This document shows, one piece after another, positions 45,622 to 54,033 of a stretch of DNA of 64,000 nt. The notes beneath the pieces are model-generated. The model was not told the DNA's origin, made no database searches, and worked only from the letters and a program-made list of their open reading frames with translations. This stretch comes from Bacilli bacterium (GTDB lineage Bacteria > Bacillota_I > Bacilli_A > RF39 > UBA660). The position numbers and the translations under genes are program-made. The stretch's first letter is position 1. Every line of letters starts with the position of its first letter. Location: contig JAEENX010000020.1 in assembly GCA_016283935.1 (NCBI GenBank), positions 11,268-75,267 on the forward strand. The letters run 5' to 3'.

Positions 45622-48167
45622 AATTCTTCTTTTATTTTAAATAAATAATTAAGTGATTCCATTGGTGTTGTATTTAGAGGATCTATAGAATTTATTAAGT
45701 CAATTAACTCTTTATGATCTTCTTTAGGTGTATCAAAGTTAAATGATAATTGATTATCAATTACACTTTCATGATTCTTTCTATTTTTCTTTGAATCACT
45801 TTCATATACTTTAAGTATTTCATCAGCTCTAGTTAATATTTCATCAGGCATACCAGCAAGTCTTGCAACATGTATACCATACGATTTATCAACAGCTCCT
45901 TCTTTAACTTTATGTAAGAAAGTTATATTACCGTCTTGCTCTTTAGCTTCAACATGAATATTTTTAATATTCTTATATGTTTTATCTAAATCAGTTAATT
46001 CATGATAGTGTGTACTAAATAATGTCTTACATTTGATTTTTTCATTTACATATTCAAGAATACTTCTAGCTAATGACATACCATCAAATGTTGCTGTACC
46101 TCTTCCTAGTTCATCAAATAGTATTAATGAATTTGGTGTAGCATTTACTATAGCATTTTTAGCTTCTAACATTTCTACCATGAATGTTGATTCACCAGAT
46201 ACTAAATCATCTGATGCACCTATTCTTGTATATATCTTATCAAATATTGGTAATTCAGCATATTCACATGGTACAAATGAGCCTATTTGAGCCATGATAA
46301 TAGTAATTGCTAATTGTCTCATGAATGTAGATTTACCTGACATATTTGGACCAGTTATTAATAATGTATCTGTTTTATCATCCATGATAATATCATTTTT
46401 TACATATGTATTATTTGATACAGCTTCTACTACAGGATGGAATCCTTCGATTATTTTAATAGATCTGTTATCCACTAATTTAGGTCTTACTAAATGATGT
46501 TCTTCACTTACTAAAGAAAGTGATGAATATACATCAATTCTTGCTAATAGTTTAGCAGTATTTTCTAATTTGAATACATTTTCTTTTAATGTATTTCTAA
46601 TGTCATTAAATAATTCATACTCTAAATCAATAATCTTTTCTTCTGCATTTAATACTAACGCTTCTTTTTCTTTTAATTCAGGAGTTATAAATCTTTCAGC
46701 ACCTGTAAGTGTTTGTCTTCTTTCCCATCCTGCATCAGCTGGTATATTTGCAATTTGTCCTTTAGTTACTTCAATATAGTAACCAAATACTTTGTTATAA
46801 CCTACTTTAAGATTACTTATACCAGTTCTTTTCTTTTCTTCTTCTTCAATAGACGCAATAAAATCTTTACCACCTGATCTTATTTTCTTAAGTTCATCTA
46901 ATTCTTCATTATAACCTTCTTTAATTAGATATCCTTCTTTAATAGTTATAGGTGGATCTTCATATATAGCTTTTTCAAGTAGTTCGCATATTTCTTTATG
47001 CTCTTCTACTTTAATATCAAATTTTAATTCTCCTAATATTCTATTAATATCAGGTAATACTTTAAGAGAGTTCTTTATTTGAAGTACATCTCTAGCATTT
47101 AATGAACCACATGTAACTTTACCACATAATCTTTCGAGGTCATATACTTCATATAAATCTCTCATAAGTTCATCTCTTAATAAGAAATTATTATTTAATG
47201 CTTCTATAAAATCATATCTTTCATTTATCTTATCTTTGTCTTTCAATGGATTAAGTAAGAAATTCTTAAGCATTCTTGAACCCATTGCTGTTTTAGTTCT
47301 ATCTAATAGCCAAATAAGAGAATATTTTCTTTCTTTTAGTCTTAGAGTCTCGATTAATTCAAGATTTCTAATTGAATGAACATCCATTTCAAGATATTCA
47401 TCTTTATTAATAATATTAACTTTATTTAAATGAGATAAGTCTTTTAATTCTTTAACATGTAAGTAATATAAAATGTGTTTAATACCATATATTATTCTTT
47501 CATCTTCTATATCCTCATATATAGATTTATATTCATCTTCTAATAATTCATCTGATATAGATAAATTTAATTGATAATTATTAACTAATTTATTTAATAA
47601 AGCTAAATCAAAATCATTTTTAACAACTACTTCTTTTAAATTTAAAGTAATAATTTCATTAGTTAATATATCTTCTTTATGATCTAAGTACAAACTATTT
47701 ACTTCGCCAGTAGATATATCTATATAAGTAAGTAAATAAATATAATCAAAATCTATAATAGAACCAATATAGTTAAAGTCTTTATCATTTAAGAATTCTA
47801 AATCTACCATAGTTCCTTTAGTAATTACTTCAACTACTTCTCTTTTTACCATACCTTTAGTAAATCTAGGATCTTCTACTTGTTCACATATAGCAACCTT
47901 ATATCCTTTAGAAATAAGTTTTTCTACATAGTTCTTTGCTGCATGATGTGGAATACCACACATAGGAACTCTTTCAGACAAACCAGCGTTTTTACCTGTC
48001 ATAGTTAACTCAAGTTCACGGGAAGCTATGTATGAATCTTCAAAGAATAGTTCATAGAAGTCACCTATTCTATAAAATAATAATTCATCCATATGTTGCT
48101 CTTTAATCTCGACGTATTGGACCATCATTGGAGATAATTTACTTCTATCAACTTCATTCATCTTCAT
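45606..48167 (-). CDS. mutS: DNA mismatch repair protein MutS
   Basis: N-terminal mismatch-binding PMMVQYVEIKEQH...FYRIGDFYELFFED, Walker A GPNMSGKST and STFMVEM. I start it at ATG 48167 after AGGGTGAT. Confidence 0.93.
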   Translation of the reverse strand: MKMNEVDRSKLSPMMVQYVEIKEQHMDELLFYRIGDFYELFFEDSYIASRELELTMTGKNAGLSERVPMCGIPHHAAKNYVEKLISKGYKVAICEQVEDPRFTKGMVKREVVEVITKGTMVDLEFLNDKDFNYIGSIIDFDYIYLLTYIDISTGEVNSLYLDHKEDILTNEIITLNLKEVVVKNDFDLALLNKLVNNYQLNLSISDELLEDEYKSIYEDIEDERIIYGIKHILYYLHVKELKDLSHLNKVNIINKDEYLEMDVHSIRNLELIETLRLKERKYSLIWLLDRTKTAMGSRMLKNFLLNPLKDKDKINERYDFIEALNNNFLLRDELMRDLYEVYDLERLCGKVTCGSLNARDVLQIKNSLKVLPDINRILGELKFDIKVEEHKEICELLEKAIYEDPPITIKEGYLIKEGYNEELDELKKIRSGGKDFIASIEEEEKKRTGISNLKVGYNKVFGYYIEVTKGQIANIPADAGWERRQTLTGAERFITPELKEKEALVLNAEEKIIDLEYELFNDIRNTLKENVFKLENTAKLLARIDVYSSLSLVSEEHHLVRPKLVDNRSIKIIEGFHPVVEAVSNNTYVKNDIIMDDKTDTLLITGPNMSGKSTFMRQLAITIIMAQIGSFVPCEYAELPIFDKIYTRIGASDDLVSGESTFMVEMLEAKNAIVNATPNSLILFDELGRGTATFDGMSLARSILEYVNEKIKCKTLFSTHYHELTDLDKTYKNIKNIHVEAKEQDGNITFLHKVKEGAVDKSYGIHVARLAGMPDEILTRADEILKVYESDSKKNRKNHESVIDNQLSFNFDTPKEDHKELIDLINSIDPLNTTPMESLNYLFKIKEELKKNK

Positions 48168-48198
48168 ACAAATCACCCTGCATTAGATATTATAACAT

Positions 48199-48236
48199 AA
48201 AAAAAGACTAAAATATTACATTATTTTAGCTCTTTT
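48199..48236 (-). terminator. Hairpin/terminator after ylbL
   Basis: GACTAAAAT (48206-48214) pairs with ATTTTAGcTC (48223-48232) with one bulge, plus A/T extensions. The stop codon sits at the loop/stem junction. Confidence 0.45.
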
Positions 48237-49213
48237 AACTTATTTAATGCATCATCAAATGTAGATACACTTATTACATTTATATCATATTTATTTTCTT
48301 CTTTTACTTTAATTGCATCTTCATAATTTTCTTCAGGTACTATAAATATTCTTACACCTTTTTTATATGCACCTATCATCTTATATTTAACTCCATCAAT
48401 TTCTCCAACTTTACCATCTATATCAATTGTACCAGTTCCTGCAATTTCATATCCTTTAGTAATATCTTCTTCTGTAAGAGAATTATAAATATAAAGTGCC
48501 ATCATCAATCCACCTGATGGTCCTAATTCATTTCTTTTATTTTTATATGTAATATCAGGATTATTATTATATTCATATATAATATTAAATGATATACCAA
48601 TTACTTTTAAATCTTTAATATTAGTAAGAATTCCATAGCAATCAATTGTCTTATTATCTCTTAAAACTTTAAAATTTACTTTAGTATCATAATCTTTTGA
48701 TTTAATATACTCAGCAAGTTTTAAATGATCTTCAAATACAACATTATCTACTTCTATTATTTGATCACCTATTTTTAAATCAGTTTTTGCATCTTCATGA
48801 ATATATGTTACATATATCTTTTTATTTGTAATATTAACATCATATCCTGCTTTAGTATAACCTACATATATTGAGTTGCTATTTGCAGATTCATTTAATA
48901 TTTCGTCTCTTTTTACAGAGTCTTTCATAGTTTCATTTGTATATTTTATATCATCATTTTTTACTATATCCCAGTTAGGTATTATTTTGGATATTAATAA
49001 AATTGGTAATGTTCCAGGATATGATGAAATATATGTAATATTAAGTGAACCATTTGTTTTATATATTTCATTTTCATATCTATCTGATAAATCGATTTTT
49101 CCACCTGGTGCATATATTGAATATGGTAATTTAACTGCACATATCAAGAATACAACAATAATTGTTAAGATAAATTTCCAATCTTTTTTAATATATGATA
49201 ATACGCTTTTCAT
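48221..49213 (-). CDS. ylbL: YlbL-type membrane-anchored PDZ plus Lon-like (S16) serine protease
   Basis: An N-terminal TM helix, a central PDZ-like segment (IGDQIIEVDN), and a C-terminal Lon protease domain (GPSGGLMMAL...VGEIDGVKYKMIGAYKKG). Confidence 0.8.
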   Translation of the reverse strand: MKSVLSYIKKDWKFILTIIVVFLICAVKLPYSIYAPGGKIDLSDRYENEIYKTNGSLNITYISSYPGTLPILLISKIIPNWDIVKNDDIKYTNETMKDSVKRDEILNESANSNSIYVGYTKAGYDVNITNKKIYVTYIHEDAKTDLKIGDQIIEVDNVVFEDHLKLAEYIKSKDYDTKVNFKVLRDNKTIDCYGILTNIKDLKVIGISFNIIYEYNNNPDITYKNKRNELGPSGGLMMALYIYNSLTEEDITKGYEIAGTGTIDIDGKVGEIDGVKYKMIGAYKKGVRIFIVPEENYEDAIKVKEENKYDINVISVSTFDDALNKLKELK

Positions 49214-49244
49214 GTTATCACCTTATTAAAATTATAACATCAAA

Positions 49245-49273
49245 ATAAAAGATACAATTATTAATTGTATCTT
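49245..49273 (-). terminator. Intrinsic terminator after the pseudopilin trio
   Basis: AAGATACAATT (49249-49259) pairs with AATTGTATCTT (49263-49273), an 11-bp stem, followed by a U-rich tract on the minus strand. Confidence 0.65.
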
Positions 49274-50078
49274 AGCATGTAAACTTATATTTATTATTTT
49301 CATCTTTTAATGTACTATCTGGATATGTAAGATTACAGTTATCACCATAGCAAGCACAATTTAAAGATGTGTTATCACATATAAAGTTTTTAGAAATATT
49401 TGTATTAGAATAAATCTTATGATTAAATGAAATACTTATATCATAATGTCTTCCATTATAAGCTGAAACAGGCATTGTAATTAATACAGGATTGAGTAAT
49501 TGATTACTATATAGTTTAGTATCATCATATAAAGATCCGTATGATACTTTTACTTCTCCTAAATTTACACCAGACAAATATTCACGCATCATAGTTTTAT
49601 TTGGTCTATATGTATAATTAGTAGCAATATCTCCTATTATACAATTTTCATATTTTCCTCTTGTATATCTTGCAACCCATGTAGGATTGCATGCATTTTC
49701 TCCATTAGGGCAATACTTAGAATCATATGTCTTATAATATTCATATATTGTAATATAGCCTATATTATCTTTAGTATAATTTGAATCATATTCTAGTCTT
49801 ATACATTCATATTTATTTGATGCAATTGTATTCGAATCAATTCCAGCATCTTGCAAAGTGCAAGAAGAAACTCTTTTAATATTATAGTTAATAGCATCTT
49901 CTCCAACAGTTCTTTCAATTGTAGATTCTGCTAAAGTGAATGATGAATTCAAATTATTTTCTTCATCATCTGCTTGTATTTGAACTAATAATCCAAATAA
50001 TAAGCCAACTACAATTGAAATTATTATTATACTAATTAAAACTTCTAATATAGTTGTACCATGATTATATTTCTTCAT
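49272..50078 (-). CDS. Prepilin-type minor pseudopilin, Cys-rich (268 aa)
   Basis: MKKYNHG|TTILEVLISIIIISIVVGLL with Glu at +5. ATG 50078 lies 1 nt after the upstream TAG, with a GGAGGTG SD. The longer track ORF is an upstream extension. Confidence 0.7.
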   Translation of the reverse strand: MKKYNHGTTILEVLISIIIISIVVGLLFGLLVQIQADDEENNLNSSFTLAESTIERTVGEDAINYNIKRVSSCTLQDAGIDSNTIASNKYECIRLEYDSNYTKDNIGYITIYEYYKTYDSKYCPNGENACNPTWVARYTRGKYENCIIGDIATNYTYRPNKTMMREYLSGVNLGEVKVSYGSLYDDTKLYSNQLLNPVLITMPVSAYNGRHYDISISFNHKIYSNTNISKNFICDNTSLNCACYGDNCNLTYPDSTLKDENNKYKFTC

Positions 50079-50079
50079 A

Positions 50080-50565
50080 CTACACCTCCACCTTTGAATG
50101 GAAGATTTCATATGTTCCATCTTCATATACTTTTTTATATTTAATTATAACCATATCACGATTATTAACTTGACCAATTGTTTTAACATAGTCAATTGTA
50201 GTTGCATCAAGTTTATTTAATAAATTATGATTAGCATAATAAGTTTTAGGATTAATATAATATAATTTATCTACTTCATACACATCTCTTAATACACTTA
50301 ATGAAGAATCAAGAGATAAATCACATGTATATCCAGGATTATTATTAGTACATGTACTAAAATAATTATTTAGAGTACCATAGTTGTTTTTAATTATTTC
50401 AGTTACATAGTAACCTTCATATATACTGTCTGTTAAATCATATGTATTTCTACTTAAAGATTTCTTTAATACATATGAATATGATGCATATAAAGAAAGT
50501 AATACTACTGATAATATACATATAGTCATGACTGTTTCAAGTAAAACAAAACCGTTCTTTTTCAT
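50080..50565 (-). CDS. Prepilin-type minor pseudopilin (161 aa)
   Basis: MKKNG|FVLLETVMTICILSVVLL with Glu at +5. Its start overlaps the upstream stop. Confidence 0.7.
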   Translation of the reverse strand: MKKNGFVLLETVMTICILSVVLLSLYASYSYVLKKSLSRNTYDLTDSIYEGYYVTEIIKNNYGTLNNYFSTCTNNNPGYTCDLSLDSSLSVLRDVYEVDKLYYINPKTYYANHNLLNKLDATTIDYVKTIGQVNNRDMVIIKYKKVYEDGTYEIFHSKVEV

Positions 50566-51581
50566 TATTCCTTACCTCCTTTTCTTAGGATATAAGGATC
50601 TTCTTTTGTTCCTTTACCTGATATAAAATAATCATTATCTCTAGAATCATTTATATTAAACTTTAATGATGCTCGATAGAATAATCCCTTTTGTTCAGCT
50701 TCACTTAATGAAGGATTATCATTAGGTATCAAATCTGATGCAACACTTTCATCTTTTGTAACTATTCCATCTTTAGCTAAATGATTATAATTTTCATAAT
50801 TTGAGTAATAACAATAATTAATATATCTAGGAGTTGATATAGTTGCAGTTAATACATTTCCATATCCAAATATATTATTTGAAGGATATACAAGAGATTC
50901 ATTTGTATATGTCAAATTACAATAACTAGATAATAAGTTAGATAAATCATCTGGATTATTACCATTGAAAATATCACTTGTATTGTTAGAAGTAATTGAA
51001 TATTTTCTAAAATTATAATATGAATTTTCTCTATATGATGTAGCAGGAATATCATTATAAACTATATAATCTGTAGAAGTATCATAAATATCACTTATTA
51101 TATTTGAATCTGTTATATTTTCTCTTACTCTTTTTAAAGATGATGCAGGTACAATATTAATATTCATATTAGTATTAACATCTGAATATTTAATTGTATT
51201 CTTATATGTATCTCTTAAACTATTAAATTTATCAATAGTAATAAATTCAGAATTAGAATTGTACATAGAATTAAATGTAGTTGTAGTACTTAAAAATTCA
51301 TATGTGCCATCTTCATATATATTAGCAAGAATATATGATGTTTGATTCATTTTATCTTGCTCTTCTTCCTTAAGTTCAAATAATACATAATCTCCTACAT
51401 TAAGATTTGATATTCTAGCATTTTTTATCTTATTAATATCATTTATAGCAGCTTCATTTACTCTGTTTAATAGTATTCTGTTATGTGTATAATTCAAGAT
51501 TAATCCAAGGAAGAGAGTTACAAAAATTAAAAAGAAAGAATAAATAATACTTGTAGATATAAAACCGTTTTTCTTTTTCAT
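50565..51581 (-). CDS. Prepilin-like protein lacking Glu+5 (338 aa)
   Basis: MKKKNG|FISTSIIYSFFLIFVTLFLGLIL has a pilin-like N-terminus, but position +5 is Ser (as in GspK/ComGF-type subunits). First gene of the trio. Confidence 0.6.
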   Translation of the reverse strand: MKKKNGFISTSIIYSFFLIFVTLFLGLILNYTHNRILLNRVNEAAINDINKIKNARISNLNVGDYVLFELKEEEQDKMNQTSYILANIYEDGTYEFLSTTTTFNSMYNSNSEFITIDKFNSLRDTYKNTIKYSDVNTNMNINIVPASSLKRVRENITDSNIISDIYDTSTDYIVYNDIPATSYRENSYYNFRKYSITSNNTSDIFNGNNPDDLSNLLSSYCNLTYTNESLVYPSNNIFGYGNVLTATISTPRYINYCYYSNYENYNHLAKDGIVTKDESVASDLIPNDNPSLSEAEQKGLFYRASLKFNINDSRDNDYFISGKGTKEDPYILRKGGKE

Positions 51582-51589
51582 AACTACCC

Positions 51590-51611
51590 TCCTATTCTAT
51601 ATTTCATTATA
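51590..51611 (-). promoter_or_regulatory. -10 box plus conserved leader motif of the pseudopilin trio
   Basis: On the minus strand: TATAAT (51606-51611), 5 nt, then ATAGAATAGGA (51590-51600). From the motif to the ATG it matches the 590-aa gene leader at 20 of 22 positions. The -35 is weak. Confidence 0.5.
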
Positions 51612-51624
51612 CTACAAATACAAA

Positions 51625-51655
51625 TAAAAAAGAAACATATTTATTTATGTTTCTT
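51625..51655 (-). terminator. Intrinsic terminator after lon
   Basis: AAGAAACAT (51630-51638) pairs with ATGTTTCTT (51647-51655). The lon stop is in the loop, and a U-tract follows on the minus strand. Confidence 0.6.
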
Positions 51656-53938
51656 AAATATATATTTATATACTTCTTCAAATGTATTTACACAAACAAT
51701 CTTTAAATTATCTTTAACATTTTTAGGTATTTGTTTAAGATCATTTTCATTCTCTTTTGGTATAAATACAGTATTAAAATCATCATTGTAGGCACCTATA
51801 ATTTTTTCTTTAATACCACCTACTTTTAAGATATCACCATATAAATCTATTTCACCAGTAAAACAAATTTTATCATCTACCATTATATTTAACATTAAAG
51901 ATAATAACGCAACTGTACAGGCAAGACCACCTGAAGTACCAGTTTTCTTAACTCCATAGTTATGCATATTAATATGAATATCTTTATTTAAAATAGATTT
52001 TTCATCTACTTTAAATGTATCTAAATGAGATAATAAATAATTATATGATACTATACAAGATTCTTTAACCGATTCTTCAATATTACCTGTTGTTTGAATA
52101 TTGCCACTTCCTGTAGTAAATATAGATTCAATTGTAAGAGGAATACCACCATATGGAGTTACTCCTAATGTAATTGCACATCCAACATGGTTTTTCTTTT
52201 TTTCTTTGCCATATTTAACTGGTCCTAGATATTCTAATACATCTTTAGATGTAATAGTTGTTGTTTTCTTTTCAGATAAATAAGCTTTTCTTATTACTTT
52301 TCTTATTAATCTATCTAGATCTCTTACACCAGCTTCTTTAGTATAACTATTAATAATTTCTAAAATGATATCATCAGAAAATTTATATTTAGTTATATTG
52401 TATTCATCATATATAAGAGGTATTAAATATTTTTTAGCTATATATAGTTTTTCTTCTTCTGAATATGAAGAAATAGTTATTATTTCTAATCTATCTCTTA
52501 ATGCTGATGGAATAGAATCTAAATCATTTGCAGTAAGTATAAATAATACTTGAGATAAATCAAATGGTTCTTCTATATAATGATCAATAAATTGATTATT
52601 TTGAGAAGAATCTAGAATATCTAATAATACTGCTGCAGGATCTCCATGATAATCTTTAGTCATTTTATCTACTTCATCAATTAAGATTACAGGATTTGAT
52701 GTTCCACATTTGGAGATTGATTGCATTATTATACCTGGAGAAGATCCTAAATATGTTCTTTTATGTCCAGTTAATTCAGATGCATCATTTAATCCACCTA
52801 CTGATACTTTTGCAAATTCTCTATTTAATGAATCTGCAATAGACATACCTAAAGTAGTTTTACCAGTTCCTGGAGGACCAACTAAACATATAATTGGTGT
52901 TTTTAGCTTCTTAGAAGTCTTTTTAATAGCAATATATTCAATTATACGTTCTTTTGCTTCTTCTAAGCCATAATGGCTTTTATCTAATGATTTCTTAATA
53001 TTTTTAATATTCTTTTCATCAATAGATAATGTATTCCATGGAAGATTTAATACAGTATCTAAGTAATTTCTTATAACTGATGAATCTGGATTAGCATCAG
53101 ATGTATAAGAGTATTTTTTTACTTCATCTATAAGTTTACTTCTAGTTCTAGTAGATATATTCAAACTATCTATCTTTTCCATATAATTATCTACTTCAGT
53201 ATCTTTATTATATGTTGAACCTAATTCTTCATTTAATAATTTAATTTTTTGTTTAATTAAGTAATTTCTTTGTTCTTTATCTAAACCTTCTGATATTTGA
53301 TAATCAATGTTGTTTTCAATATTAATTACTTCTAATTCAACCTGAATATCTTTGATTAATTTAGCCGCTCTAGCTTTATAATCAAATTCATTCATGTATT
53401 CTATTTTTTTATCAATATCAAATGTAATAAAATTAGTTATTACATCAGTTAGCATATCTAAATCTTCAATCTTATCTATAGTAGCAGTTACTGAATTAGA
53501 TACACCTGGATTTAAATCCATATATTCTAATATTTTAGCTTTTAAAGTTTTTAAAATAGCTTTGTCTTCTTCAGCTACTGAATTGTCAATATATAGTCTT
53601 TTAACAATAGCTTCTAATATATCTTTATTATTTAATGCTTGTCTATAATCTTTTATTTGAACTCTATTTAATCCAGTTACAAATATACGGTAATCTCCAT
53701 TTGGTAATTTTATTTTCTTTTTAATTTTACCTATTACACCTATTTTAGGTAAATCTTTTAATTCAGGAGAAACATCACCTACATTATCTAAACAAACAAT
53801 TAATATTTTATTTCCATAAAGTTCTTCAGCTAAATCTATAACATCTTGAGATAACTCAACTTTTAGATCTAGTTTTATTTCTTGATAAGGTAAAAGAACT
53901 AATTCTTTAAGTAACAATACTGGTAATCTATCTAGCAT
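51641..53938 (-). CDS. lon: ATP-dependent Lon protease (LonA)
   Basis: The LON N-domain (LPVLLLKELVLLPYQ), Walker A GPPGTGKTT, and the proteolytic domain with TGTSGGLA Ser and GGIKEK Lys. Confidence 0.93.
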   Translation of the reverse strand: MLDRLPVLLLKELVLLPYQEIKLDLKVELSQDVIDLAEELYGNKILIVCLDNVGDVSPELKDLPKIGVIGKIKKKIKLPNGDYRIFVTGLNRVQIKDYRQALNNKDILEAIVKRLYIDNSVAEEDKAILKTLKAKILEYMDLNPGVSNSVTATIDKIEDLDMLTDVITNFITFDIDKKIEYMNEFDYKARAAKLIKDIQVELEVINIENNIDYQISEGLDKEQRNYLIKQKIKLLNEELGSTYNKDTEVDNYMEKIDSLNISTRTRSKLIDEVKKYSYTSDANPDSSVIRNYLDTVLNLPWNTLSIDEKNIKNIKKSLDKSHYGLEEAKERIIEYIAIKKTSKKLKTPIICLVGPPGTGKTTLGMSIADSLNREFAKVSVGGLNDASELTGHKRTYLGSSPGIIMQSISKCGTSNPVILIDEVDKMTKDYHGDPAAVLLDILDSSQNNQFIDHYIEEPFDLSQVLFILTANDLDSIPSALRDRLEIITISSYSEEEKLYIAKKYLIPLIYDEYNITKYKFSDDIILEIINSYTKEAGVRDLDRLIRKVIRKAYLSEKKTTTITSKDVLEYLGPVKYGKEKKKNHVGCAITLGVTPYGGIPLTIESIFTTGSGNIQTTGNIEESVKESCIVSYNYLLSHLDTFKVDEKSILNKDIHINMHNYGVKKTGTSGGLACTVALLSLMLNIMVDDKICFTGEIDLYGDILKVGGIKEKIIGAYNDDFNTVFIPKENENDLKQIPKNVKDNLKIVCVNTFEEVYKYIFKKHK

Positions 53939-54033
53939 TTACCTCATCTCCCTCATTAGTGATTTATTATATATATTTATATGATATTTGTAAATAAAAA
54001 AATACCCATTTTTCAATAAAAAACTACTAGTTT

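Noticed and set aside
51641-53938. Possible inactive Lon (protease motif reads KKTGTSGG instead of the common PKDGPSAG)
   Set aside because: The catalytic Ser (TSGG) and the downstream GGIKEK Lys are both present. The variation is in non-catalytic positions.
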